64,000 nt of DNA from Candidatus Iainarchaeum sp. Its GTDB lineage: Archaea > Iainarchaeota > Iainarchaeia > Iainarchaeales > VGJJ01. This document shows positions 48,001 to 57,458 of this stretch, one piece after another. The DNA lies in assembly GCA_016198125.1 (NCBI GenBank), contig JACQJG010000009.1, forward strand, positions 5,104 to 69,103. The letters are read 5' to 3'. The stretch's first letter is position 1. Every line of letters starts with the position of its first letter. A program made the position numbers and the translations under genes. Under the pieces are notes generated by a model. The model was not told where the DNA came from and did no database searches. It was given only the letters and a program-made list of their open reading frames with translations.

Positions 48001-48711
48001 ATGAACGAAAAAGAGTTCTTTGAGGATTTTTACGCGCGCGGAAAAGACGCGTGGCAGATTTTTTCCAACCGCCTTAGAACCGAAAAATTCGAGCAGCGAG
48101 CCCAAACCATTAAAGGGCTGATTGAAAAACACGCCATTCAGGGCAAAGGACTTGACATTGGATGCGGAGAAGGATTCATCGAGGAACGGTTGGGGTTGAA
48201 AGTCATAGGATTGGAGATTTCACTGGAAGCCCTTAAGCGTGCGCGCAGGGAAAAGCGCATGCAGGACTGCGTGAATGCAAATGCTGTCCGCCTGCCGTTC
48301 AAAGACAAGGCATTTAATTTTATTTTACTGCTCGAAACGTTGTACTATCATGATGCCCGTGCCCTGCTCCAGGAAGCCCGGCGCGTGTGCAAAAAAAAAG
48401 GAAGAATTGTTTTGACCGTGGGAAACAAGAATGACGCGGGCCGTTTGCTGCGGCGCGCCTTTGGAAAACAGGATGAAGACATTATTTATTCTGCCAACAA
48501 AAAACAATGGGGGGAGAAAAAATATTCATTGCGCGAGCTGATGGAATTGGCGGAAATGCACGGATTTAAAGTGCTGGGCATAAAAGGCATTTTGCTTAAC
48601 ATTCCATGGATGCGGCGCAGTACATGGATGCGCAGGAATGTGTTATTTCCGCTTGGAAATGCATTCAAGCCGTGGGCAAGCCAGGTAGTGCTTGTAGGAG
48701 AGAAAAGATGA
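48001..48711 (+). CDS. Class I SAM-dependent methyltransferase
   Basis: LDIGCGEG, LPFKD..F, E.LY, EARRV.K..G. Confidence 0.82.
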   Translation: MNEKEFFEDFYARGKDAWQIFSNRLRTEKFEQRAQTIKGLIEKHAIQGKGLDIGCGEGFIEERLGLKVIGLEISLEALKRARREKRMQDCVNANAVRLPFKDKAFNFILLLETLYYHDARALLQEARRVCKKKGRIVLTVGNKNDAGRLLRRAFGKQDEDIIYSANKKQWGEKKYSLRELMELAEMHGFKVLGIKGILLNIPWMRRSTWMRRNVLFPLGNAFKPWASQVVLVGEKR

Positions 48712-50216
48712 AAGACCATTCCACGCTTTCAGTGGCACTCGCGCACTTCAGGTCCATGCAGGGAATGGCTTTGGAAAACCTGTTGGTGCAGGAAGGCATT
48801 GAATTTGAATCTGTACTTGAAGGGGTTGCGCCAAAGGCGGATTTAATCCTAAGCCCTGTGCACGTGAAAACGCAAGAGGCATCCCTCACGCCCTTGGAAG
48901 GTCCGGCCGTTCTCCGGCCGCTTAAATGGAAAGAACTCACGCTCTTAGCCCCTTACCCTGAAAGCCTTCCCCTTGAAGTAGACCGCGTGCTTTTGAGCGA
49001 CGAGCATGGAACGCCTTTGCTTGTACGCCAAGGAAAAGCATATTTTTTCCTGCCCCGGTTTTTGGAAGAGGTGGCGCGCGCGCATGCATTGGAGTCCATG
49101 GAATACCCTGTAGACGGTTGGCGGGCGTTTTTTTACGCGTGCCTGGATGCAGTGGCGCGCGATTTGAAATTGACTTTGGAATCAAAATGGTACTACCCTG
49201 AACCTGTTGAAATGGCCGCGTGCATTTCCCTGGACGTGGACCATGCAGGGCACTATGAAAACCTTTTGCATGCCGGTATGTGGAAGGCATCTTTGATTAA
49301 CGCGCTTCCATTCAAGGGCATGCTTGCACGCGCAGGCCGCAGGGTGAAGGGGATTGCACGCGTATTTCCAAGCGCACTTGATGTTGCCCAGGCAAACGGT
49401 TTTTCATGCACGGTTTTTTTCCGTTCAAGGGACCTGGAAGAGGAAGTCACGCACACCAAGCGGGGCGCGTATACAGTCAAAAAAGAAGTCCTGCACGGAA
49501 CCCATGAAGCAGGCCTGCATTTTGGATCAACGCTTGGAACATACTTGCAGGGCTACGTGGAACCGTTTTTGCATGGAGAGCCTTCTGCGCCTTGGGTGGA
49601 AAACATTCCCCCTGGAAAGGCAGAGCTCGAACGCGTGTTTGATTCCATTGAAGGAAGCCGCGCGCACCACAATCATTTATTTGTGCCGGAATCTTTGGAT
49701 AAAATCGAGGAAAGCGGGTTCACGTATGACTCTTCGCTGTATCCGGGAGTGCGCGTGCACCATGGAAAAAAGTGGTCTGAAGAAAAGGCATTGCATTCCA
49801 AGTGGCATTCTCCAAATGGGGTGTACTTTCCGTTTCACCCCCTAACTGAGGAAAAAAAATACGCCTTCAATGAATTTCCTGTAAGCGTGTTTGAAGAACA
49901 CCATTCTGTTCCTATTGAACATGCATTTGAACGTGCACGTGCATTGAATGGAGTGCTGGTTGCATTATATCACCCTCATTTGGATGTAAGAGGATTGTGT
50001 GCGTTTGCGCGCTGCGCAAAAAAGTGCAATGCATGGAAGACCACGCTCAACCGGGTAAGTGCCTGGGTGCAGGAACGCGAGCGCATGCCCCTATCCCGCG
50101 TTCCCTGGACGCGGATCGGGGGCCTTGTACAGGGGCTTGAACATGAAAAATTCGTGCGCGTTGGCGCGCATTGGTTGAAGGAAAACAAGCATGCAACATG
50201 GAGTGCCCCTTTGTGA
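48708..50216 (+). CDS. Polysaccharide deacetylase-fold (NodB/CE4-like) protein
   Basis: SLDVD, T.FF, HEAGLH, GSRAH, GFTYDSS, LYHP. Confidence 0.7.
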   Translation: MKDHSTLSVALAHFRSMQGMALENLLVQEGIEFESVLEGVAPKADLILSPVHVKTQEASLTPLEGPAVLRPLKWKELTLLAPYPESLPLEVDRVLLSDEHGTPLLVRQGKAYFFLPRFLEEVARAHALESMEYPVDGWRAFFYACLDAVARDLKLTLESKWYYPEPVEMAACISLDVDHAGHYENLLHAGMWKASLINALPFKGMLARAGRRVKGIARVFPSALDVAQANGFSCTVFFRSRDLEEEVTHTKRGAYTVKKEVLHGTHEAGLHFGSTLGTYLQGYVEPFLHGEPSAPWVENIPPGKAELERVFDSIEGSRAHHNHLFVPESLDKIEESGFTYDSSLYPGVRVHHGKKWSEEKALHSKWHSPNGVYFPFHPLTEEKKYAFNEFPVSVFEEHHSVPIEHAFERARALNGVLVALYHPHLDVRGLCAFARCAKKCNAWKTTLNRVSAWVQERERMPLSRVPWTRIGGLVQGLEHEKFVRVGAHWLKENKHATWSAPL

Positions 50217-50827
50217 TCGCAAGCTTCCTTGCAGATGCTTTTGCTTCGTTCATTGAAGTGTATGGGTATCCTGCTATTTTCGTGCTCATGGCGTTGGAGT
50301 CCATGATTGCCCCTGTTCCAAGCGAACTTGTAATGCCCTTCGCAGGATACGTGGCCGCGCAAGGCAAACTGGATTTTGTTCTTGTAAACGTGTTTGCGCT
50401 TGGCGGCAGTTTACTGGGTTCGCTTGTCTCCTACTATGCGGGCAAAATCCTGGGCCGCAAACTTGTTGTTCAATATGGAAGATGGCTTGGGCTCAGGCCC
50501 AGGCATTTGGAGTGGACAGAAAAATGGTTTAACCGCCATGGTACTAAGACGGTTTTTATTGCGCGTTTCATTCCAGTGGTGCGCCACCTTATTTCCATTC
50601 CTGCGGGAATAAGCAGAATGGCATTGGGGCCTTTCCTGGCAATGACTTTGGTGGGAGCTACTCTTTGGAATGGGTTCCTTGCATACCTTGGAATGGCTTT
50701 GCGCGGGCAGTATGGGTTGATTGTCCAATACAGCGAAGCATTGGACATTTTAATCGTAATTTTGCTTTTAATCGCGCTTCTTTATGCATGGAAGAAGGTG
50801 CATGAAAAACGCAGCCCTGCACCTTGA
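50213..50827 (+). CDS. dedA: DedA family membrane protein
   Basis: LESMIAPVPSELVMPFAG, GS...YYAG, F.ARFIPVVRHLISIPAG; GTGA overlap start. Confidence 0.9.
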   Translation: MIASFLADAFASFIEVYGYPAIFVLMALESMIAPVPSELVMPFAGYVAAQGKLDFVLVNVFALGGSLLGSLVSYYAGKILGRKLVVQYGRWLGLRPRHLEWTEKWFNRHGTKTVFIARFIPVVRHLISIPAGISRMALGPFLAMTLVGATLWNGFLAYLGMALRGQYGLIVQYSEALDILIVILLLIALLYAWKKVHEKRSPAP

Positions 50828-50946
50828 GGCAAGAGCAGGAAAGGGCAATGGGTAGTGAGCCTATCCAATTTCAAAAAGTACAATCCCTGCCTGCCCCGCC
50901 TTGTGCAGTTTTATACAAAAGGCCCCTGCCAGGCATATAAACATAA

Positions 50947-50962
50947 TGTTATATATGTAACA
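50947..50962. promoter_or_regulatory. Inverted repeat TGTTA-N6-TAACA, candidate operator
   Basis: Lies between an ATATAAA box (50935-50941) and ATG 50981. Confidence 0.45.
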
Positions 50963-50980
50963 GAATAATATTAAAGTGTT

Positions 50981-51634
50981 ATGAGTTCAGTAGCACGGGT
51001 GGTTGAGCGGAATCTTGAAAGCGAGCCTTTCCTCAAGGAGGCCTTGGCGCGCAAAATCATTAATTATGGCGCGCTTGCGGTTGAACTGAAACAAGGGGTT
51101 GAACGGGAGGTAGGCAAACCCGTGCGCGTTCCTACTATTGCCATGGCCTTGCACCGGCTTGCAGAAAAGCACCGCGCGACAAGAAAATCATTCCGCGTGG
51201 GCTTGAAAAGCGAATTGAACATGAAAACAGGCCTGGTGGATGTAACCCTTGCAAGATCCCCTTCCCTCATCAACCGGGTGCGCGAGCTTTATGGAATTGT
51301 TGATTTCAAACAAGGGGATTTTTTGAACATCATTTGGGGCATGTATGAAGTGGGGATTATTTTGAATGACCATCACCTGGAAGACGCGCGAAAGATTCTC
51401 GCGCGGGAGGAAATCATCAACACCGAGCAGGATATGACAGCTGTTTTCATGCGCTTTGGAAAGGAATTCTTTTACACGCCCGGAGGTTTAAGCCGCATTA
51501 CAACAGAGCTGGCGTGGCATGGAATCAACGTGTATGAGGCTATTTCAACCATGACCGAGTTCACCATTCTTGTAAAGAAAAAGAATTTAACGCGCACATT
51601 CGAAGTGCTTGATGCACTTTTTGCAAAGAAATAG
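50981..51634 (+). CDS. HTH/ACT-like regulatory protein (aspartate-kinase C-terminal-like)
   Basis: L...IINY.ALA, I.MAL.R, TPG....I..ELAW.GINV.E.IST.TE. Confidence 0.65.
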   Translation: MSSVARVVERNLESEPFLKEALARKIINYGALAVELKQGVEREVGKPVRVPTIAMALHRLAEKHRATRKSFRVGLKSELNMKTGLVDVTLARSPSLINRVRELYGIVDFKQGDFLNIIWGMYEVGIILNDHHLEDARKILAREEIINTEQDMTAVFMRFGKEFFYTPGGLSRITTELAWHGINVYEAISTMTEFTILVKKKNLTRTFEVLDALFAKK

Positions 51635-51779
51635 GCCTTGGCATAAAAAAACCAGTTTCCTTGTACCAAATGCTTTAAAACACTTGTAAGGCCCCTTGTT
51701 TAATATTCATTTGGTACGCTTTTACCAGCCGGAAGATGGCTTTTGGTACAACCGTGGATTTTAACAAGGAGGAGTCATA

Positions 51780-53084
51780 ATGCCATTGGATAACAAAAAT
51801 ATTTCTGCGCGCGTATGCATCATCGGCCTTGGATATGTAGGCCTGCCTCTTGCATGCCTGGCCGCGCGCAAAGGATTTGAAGTGAGCGGACTGGACATAA
51901 ATAACCGCACTGTGGAGCATGTGAATGCAGGAAAAAGTCCAATTGCAGACAAGCACCTTGAAAAAGAATTGGCAGACTTGAAAGGCCGCATTCATGCAAC
52001 CACAAACCCTGCAGAATGCCTGAGCAAAAACCAGATTATTGTAGTGTGCGTTCCCACTCCTGTGGACGAGAAATTCAACCCGGACCTTGAACCTGTAAAA
52101 AAGGCGTGCGAAACCATTGCCCTGCACCTTCAAAAAGGCCAGCTTGTTATTGTTGAGAGCACCGTGTATCCTGGAACCACTGAAGAAGTGGTAAAACCCA
52201 TACTTGAATCCAAGGGGCTTGTTGAAGGAAAGGATTTTGATCTTGCCTTTTGCCCTGAACGCGTGAACCCAGGCGACGAAAAATGGAACCTGGAAAAGAT
52301 TCCGCGCGTGCTGGGAGGATTTTCAGACAAGGGAACAGCGCGCGCACACTCGTTTTACGCCCAACTGTTGGGCGCGCCTATCCGCGTTATGCGTTCTGCG
52401 CGCGAAGCCGAGGCTGTGAAAATTCTTGAAAACGTTTTCCGGGACATCAACATTGCCATGGTCAATGAACTGGCCCGGTCGTTTGACCACTTGGGCATTG
52501 ATACGGTGGATGTCATTGAAGGCGCAAAAACCAAGCCGTTCGGGTTCATGCCCTTTTATCCAGGGCCCGGGGTTGGAGGCCACTGCATTCCGGTAGACCC
52601 CTATTATTTGATTGAAAAGGGAATGCTCAATGGTTTTAACCACCAGTTCCTTGTGCTTGCGCGCAAAATAAACAGCGAAATGCCCTTGTATGTAATAGAA
52701 CGCGTGCAGGAAGCCCTCAATGAATTTGAAAAAGGATTCAAGAACAGCAGGATTGGAGTGCTGGGCGTGACCTACAAGGGAAACGTAGATGATGTACGGG
52801 AAAGCCCTGCACTGAAAGTCATTGCCGAACTCCAAAAAAAAGGCGCCCTGCTCTCCATCTTTGACCCATGGACAACCGCTCAAAGTCATGTATCTTCCCT
52901 TGAAGAAGCGCTTAAGGAAAAAGATTGTGTGGTACTGCTTACCGACCACAAGGAATTCATTGAAATGCCTTTGGAAAAATTGGCCCAAGCCAAAGTAAAA
53001 AGCGTGGTGGATGCAAGGAATGTGTGGGACAAAGAAAAAGTAAAAGCACTTGGCATTCTGTATTTGGGAGTGGGCCGGAAATGA
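51780..53084 (+). CDS. UDP-N-acetylhexosamine 6-dehydrogenase (WecC/WbpA/TviB family)
   Basis: GLGYVGLP, CVPTP, ESTVYPGTT, CPERVNPG, EN.FRD.NIA..NE, GPGVGGHCIPVDP, YK.NV.D.RESP. Confidence 0.92.
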   Translation: MPLDNKNISARVCIIGLGYVGLPLACLAARKGFEVSGLDINNRTVEHVNAGKSPIADKHLEKELADLKGRIHATTNPAECLSKNQIIVVCVPTPVDEKFNPDLEPVKKACETIALHLQKGQLVIVESTVYPGTTEEVVKPILESKGLVEGKDFDLAFCPERVNPGDEKWNLEKIPRVLGGFSDKGTARAHSFYAQLLGAPIRVMRSAREAEAVKILENVFRDINIAMVNELARSFDHLGIDTVDVIEGAKTKPFGFMPFYPGPGVGGHCIPVDPYYLIEKGMLNGFNHQFLVLARKINSEMPLYVIERVQEALNEFEKGFKNSRIGVLGVTYKGNVDDVRESPALKVIAELQKKGALLSIFDPWTTAQSHVSSLEEALKEKDCVVLLTDHKEFIEMPLEKLAQAKVKSVVDARNVWDKEKVKALGILYLGVGRK

Positions 53085-54223
53085 AAATCCTTTATATCAA
53101 TGATACGTCTTACCCGGGCATAAACGCTGGAGCGATAAGGGCATACTATTTTTGCAGGTATTTGAGCGAATGGGGCAACGATATAACCCTTATCACTGAC
53201 AGGGAGAACAAGGAATTCCCGTGGAAAACAATAAAATTCAGTGGAAAATCCATTCCGCAAATCTTTCCCGGGTTTGGGTTTGTCCCGTCAATACTCAACC
53301 AGACGTTGAAGGAAACAAAAAAACAAAAATTTGACCTGGTTTTTGGGTCCATGCCTTTGTTCAGCTCCGGGTTGACGGCATACATCGTACACAAAATTGC
53401 ACGCATACCCCTGGTAATAGACGTCAGAGACCCGTTTATCAGAAGCATGTTCCAAGAAGAAAAAACAGCGGGCTACATTTACCAAAAATCGTTGAAAGGG
53501 AGGATCCTCAAACCGTTAGAGGCAAAAATATTTGGGGCTGCAAAAGAGATTATTGTAACCAACCCGGGAATAAAAAAAGAGCTGATGACCGTTCATAAAA
53601 TTCATGAAAAAAAAATTCGAGTGATTTACAACGGCTTTGACGAAAAGGGGTGGGAAAAAATAGAACCAAAAAAGTTTGTGAAAAAGACCCTGCTCGCTGC
53701 CGGAAGGATTACCACCGCAAAAAGTTTTGATGTCGTAATCGGGGCTTTGAAGGTATTGGGGGACGACTGGCAGTTTGTAATGTGCGGGGATGGCGATGCG
53801 GGAATACAAAAATTTTTGGATGCAGCAAAAAAAGAGGGGGTATCTGAAAAAGTCATTTTTGCAGGAAAACTCGCGCAACAAGAAGCCATCAGTTACACCA
53901 AGGGAGCCGATATCCTTGTTGCCAGCAACCAGTTGAACGATTCGCTGAAGTATGCCATTCCTGGCAGGACTTTTGAGTACATTGCTGCCGGCAAGCCCAT
54001 CCTGGCGATTTGGCCAAAAGGCGGCGATTTCGATGAATTCCTCACAAAGTTCGACTGTGGAAGAATAGTGGGAAGAGACCTGGAAGAGGTAAAAAAAACA
54101 ATCCTCTTCCTGTACGAGAACCGGAAAGAGCTGGGAGAAAACGCCCGGAAAGCGTCCAAAAATTTTACGAGAGAAGACCAGGCCAAGCAATTGATGCACG
54201 TTTTTGGGGAGGTCGTTTCTTGA
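53081..54223 (+). CDS. GT4 glycosyltransferase (WbuB-like)
   Basis: GA.R, S.P, DVRDP, YNG.D, P.RTFEY.AAGKPIL. Confidence 0.82.
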   Translation: MKILYINDTSYPGINAGAIRAYYFCRYLSEWGNDITLITDRENKEFPWKTIKFSGKSIPQIFPGFGFVPSILNQTLKETKKQKFDLVFGSMPLFSSGLTAYIVHKIARIPLVIDVRDPFIRSMFQEEKTAGYIYQKSLKGRILKPLEAKIFGAAKEIIVTNPGIKKELMTVHKIHEKKIRVIYNGFDEKGWEKIEPKKFVKKTLLAAGRITTAKSFDVVIGALKVLGDDWQFVMCGDGDAGIQKFLDAAKKEGVSEKVIFAGKLAQQEAISYTKGADILVASNQLNDSLKYAIPGRTFEYIAAGKPILAIWPKGGDFDEFLTKFDCGRIVGRDLEEVKKTILFLYENRKELGENARKASKNFTREDQAKQLMHVFGEVVS

Positions 54224-55329
54224 ATTCAACCACGTCAAAGGAACTTGTCAGGGAAGTGCTTGAAGAGTTAAGCCCGTTAAGGCAAAAGGAGGGAAACTAT
54301 TTTGACCCTGTTTACACGGGTTTGGAAAGGCAAAGACCTGTTGCTGAAATAGCAAAAGCCCTTCATGTCTCCGGGAAAAAAAAAGAGGCGGAGAAAAGCC
54401 TTGACTGGGTGGTTGGCGTGCAAAACCAGAATGGTTCGTGGAACGAGGTTTTGCCTGGAATAACGGCTGAGAGCAGCGTGGACACTTCGATTATTGGCAG
54501 AATCGTTTTGATGGCTTACAACAAAACAGGCAAAAAAAGTTACCTTAACGCCGCCCTGAGAGCGGGGCAGAATGTTTTGAAAAAAGAAATCGGCTACGGA
54601 AAGTTCATCAAGTCATTCCACCATTATGGGGACGTGCTGAATGTCAGCGCAAACTGCGCCGCCTTTTTTTACGCGCTTTTCCTGCAAACAAAGGACAAAG
54701 GTTTTTTGGATGCACGGGACAGGGCTGTCTTTAACTGCTGCAAATGGCAGTTCAAGGACGGAAGTTATCCCTACATGGGGAGCGAACGGGCTTATCCCTA
54801 TGAAAACCATTTTCATGTGCCCGACCCGCACTACCACGCAATAACATTGTATTACCTTCTCCTAAGCGACCCCCGCCTTGAAAACCCTTACCTGAAAATT
54901 TCGGCCGAAAAAGCCGTTAAATGGCTGGAATCCGTTCTGCACCCGAATGGGTGGGATTGGAGCAAGGGAAAACTGGTTTTTTCCCTTGGCTTTACTGCAG
55001 GTTATGCATATGCCGCTTATTGTTTTGATTTTTTCGGAAAAGAGGAACAAAAAAACATTTGCCTGAACAAGCTGCCGGAATTCAGGATGAAATACGGATT
55101 CGGCTTCTGGGAGGAAGCAAGAATAAACGAAACAATCAAGGGCATTGCATCGGAATTGTTCAACTTGGACTGGAAAACCCAATTGAATTACCCTTTTCCC
55201 GTCAGGTTGTGGAGGGCAAAGCAGATAATAAAAGGCCAGCTTTTTTTGAGGAAAAAAAAGGAGTTTTCGTTGTATTTTACTCCGCAGATACTGGATTGCC
55301 TGACGGAAAATGAGTGGAGGCATTCCTAA
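54220..55329 (+). CDS. Hypothetical alpha/alpha-toroid protein
   Basis: Repeated W....QN.NGSW and QFKDGSY motifs, H.H.PD.HYH; helical. Confidence 0.55.
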   Translation: MNSTTSKELVREVLEELSPLRQKEGNYFDPVYTGLERQRPVAEIAKALHVSGKKKEAEKSLDWVVGVQNQNGSWNEVLPGITAESSVDTSIIGRIVLMAYNKTGKKSYLNAALRAGQNVLKKEIGYGKFIKSFHHYGDVLNVSANCAAFFYALFLQTKDKGFLDARDRAVFNCCKWQFKDGSYPYMGSERAYPYENHFHVPDPHYHAITLYYLLLSDPRLENPYLKISAEKAVKWLESVLHPNGWDWSKGKLVFSLGFTAGYAYAAYCFDFFGKEEQKNICLNKLPEFRMKYGFGFWEEARINETIKGIASELFNLDWKTQLNYPFPVRLWRAKQIIKGQLFLRKKKEFSLYFTPQILDCLTENEWRHS

Positions 55330-57458
55330 TGAGACAGTTGCTCGCCAAAAATAAGAAAATAATCGTGGAAGAAGTTCCTCTCCCAAACTGCCTGGATAAT
55401 GGCGTGATTGTCGAAAACAGGTTTTCTTTGATCAGCACGGGAACAGAGTTAAGATCCCTCGGAGCAACGGACCTTGACGTAGTCAAAAAAGCCACAGACA
55501 CAAAGCTTTTGAAAAACCTTCCATTAATGATCAGGAGCTACGGGGTAAAAGGCTTCGTCGAAAAAATCCAATCCAAATTGGAGCATACAACCGAGCTTGG
55601 CTACAGTTCTGCAGGGGTTGTAGTCAGGGTTGGAAAAAACGTGAGGGATATTTCTGTAGGAGACAAGGTTGCTTGCGCAGGGGCAGGCTATGCCAACCAC
55701 AGCGAATTCGTCTTTGTTCCAAGAAACCTTGTCGCAAAAATACCCGAAAGAGTGTCGTTCGAAGAAGCCTGTTTCTCCACAGTCGCGTCCATAGCCATGC
55801 ATGGAATGAGAAGGGGAAAAATAGGATTGGGTGAAAAGGTTGCAGTTATAGGCTGCGGGTTGATTGGCGTACTTACATTGGAATTGCTGAAGGCGAACGG
55901 CGCCATGGGCATTGGCATTGAATCCGACCGCGAAAGAATCGCGCTGTTGAAGTCCATGGGATTGAACGTTGTACACGTGAGTGAGGCTGAAGAAACCGTG
56001 CACGATTTCAGCCAAGGAATCGGGGTTGATTCTGCAATAATCACGGCTGCAAGCGATAGCAACGAGCCCATGGAACTGGCTTCAAGGCTTTGCAGGGTCA
56101 ACGGACAAATCATCGTTGTAGGGGTTGTAGGGCTGACCTTGGACAGGAGCTCTGCATACAGGAAAGAAATTGACGTGAAGCTTTCAAGGAGTTATGGCCC
56201 CGGAAGGTACGACCCATTATATGAAGAGTTCGGCGTTGATTATCCTTTCGGTTATGTGCGGTGGACCGAGAACAGGAACATGCAAAGTTTTCTTGAGCTT
56301 GCAAAAGAAAAGAAGGTTGACGTGAGAAAACTTGTTGGAGGGATATATGAACTTGGTGATGCTGAAAAAGGGTATGATGAATTAAACGCAAGGAGAATTT
56401 TGGCTGCATTGATAAAGTATTCTGGGAAAAAAGATTCAACAAGCACGGTTGTTTTACCCGAAGCAAAGGCAAAAAAAACAGGGCAAATTAATGTTGGAAT
56501 CATTAGCGACAAGCGCTTTGAGGAAAACGCGCATTTGAATTTCTGGATTCCCAACATGGCAAAAATTCCTGATTTTAGCATCAAGGGAATTTCCCTTCAT
56601 AAAGGGAACGATTCCAAAGAAATGGCCCAAAGGTTCAATGCAGGGTTCTGCACGACAGACTTCAACGAAATAATAAACAATGCGGATATTGACCTTGTTT
56701 TTGTTTCAGCGACCTCGGAGCCGGAAGTGCATTCCATGATTGCCAAAAAGGCACTGGAGAAAGGGAAACATGTCTTTTTGGACAAGCCCATTGCCTTGAG
56801 CGAAAAAAAACTGGCTGAATTCAAGGAAGCCGTGAAAGAAAGCCGTTCAATCGTAATGGTGGGACACAACAGGCGGTTTTCGCCCTTAACAAAAGAGGTT
56901 AAAGATATTTTTTCGAAGTCCACTGGTCCCATGATAATAAATTACAGGGTCGTGGTTGCCCAAAAAGAAATCAATTCGCTTGCACCTGAAGAAGCTTACT
57001 CCGGGGAAATAATAAACGAAATGACGCATTTTTTCGATTTTTTCATGGCTTTAAGCAATGGTATTCCTGAAAAAATAGAGGCTTTTTCATGCGGGAACAT
57101 GGGCGGAAAAAACAAGACGGATTCAAACATTGTTGTGACAATAAAGTTTTCCGACGGTTCCATTGGAAACCTTGTATTCACTTCGATGGGTTCAAAAAAA
57201 TTCGGGAAAGAAAACATTGAATTGTTTAAAGGAGGCTACACCGTAAAGATAGAGGATTTCAAAAAGCTGATTGTTTTCGGTGAAAGGAGTTATTCAAAAG
57301 AATTCCAAAACCCTGAAAAAGGATGGCTTGAAGAATTAATGGAGTTAAAGAACGCGTTGAGAAGCGGAAAAACCCCCGAAAAAGACCTGGCGGATTCCAT
57401 TAAATCAAATGAAATCGCTTTCGAAGTCTACAAAAAAATCAATGGTGGAATGGCATGA
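55329..57458 (+). CDS. Bi-domain oxidoreductase (MDR-like + Gfo/Idh/MocA), copy A
   Basis: S.ISTGTE, LGYSSAG, CAGAGYANH, G.GLIG, SRSYGPGRYD..YE..G.DYP..YVRWTE.RN; HVF.DKP, VGHNRRF. Confidence 0.88.
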   Translation: MRQLLAKNKKIIVEEVPLPNCLDNGVIVENRFSLISTGTELRSLGATDLDVVKKATDTKLLKNLPLMIRSYGVKGFVEKIQSKLEHTTELGYSSAGVVVRVGKNVRDISVGDKVACAGAGYANHSEFVFVPRNLVAKIPERVSFEEACFSTVASIAMHGMRRGKIGLGEKVAVIGCGLIGVLTLELLKANGAMGIGIESDRERIALLKSMGLNVVHVSEAEETVHDFSQGIGVDSAIITAASDSNEPMELASRLCRVNGQIIVVGVVGLTLDRSSAYRKEIDVKLSRSYGPGRYDPLYEEFGVDYPFGYVRWTENRNMQSFLELAKEKKVDVRKLVGGIYELGDAEKGYDELNARRILAALIKYSGKKDSTSTVVLPEAKAKKTGQINVGIISDKRFEENAHLNFWIPNMAKIPDFSIKGISLHKGNDSKEMAQRFNAGFCTTDFNEIINNADIDLVFVSATSEPEVHSMIAKKALEKGKHVFLDKPIALSEKKLAEFKEAVKESRSIVMVGHNRRFSPLTKEVKDIFSKSTGPMIINYRVVVAQKEINSLAPEEAYSGEIINEMTHFFDFFMALSNGIPEKIEAFSCGNMGGKNKTDSNIVVTIKFSDGSIGNLVFTSMGSKKFGKENIELFKGGYTVKIEDFKKLIVFGERSYSKEFQNPEKGWLEELMELKNALRSGKTPEKDLADSIKSNEIAFEVYKKINGGMA

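Noticed and set aside
48391..48399. A9 and similar homopolymer tracts as phase-variation switches
   Set aside because: Frames are intact and A-runs are common throughout this Lys-rich, AAA-preferring sequence; read-level data would be needed.
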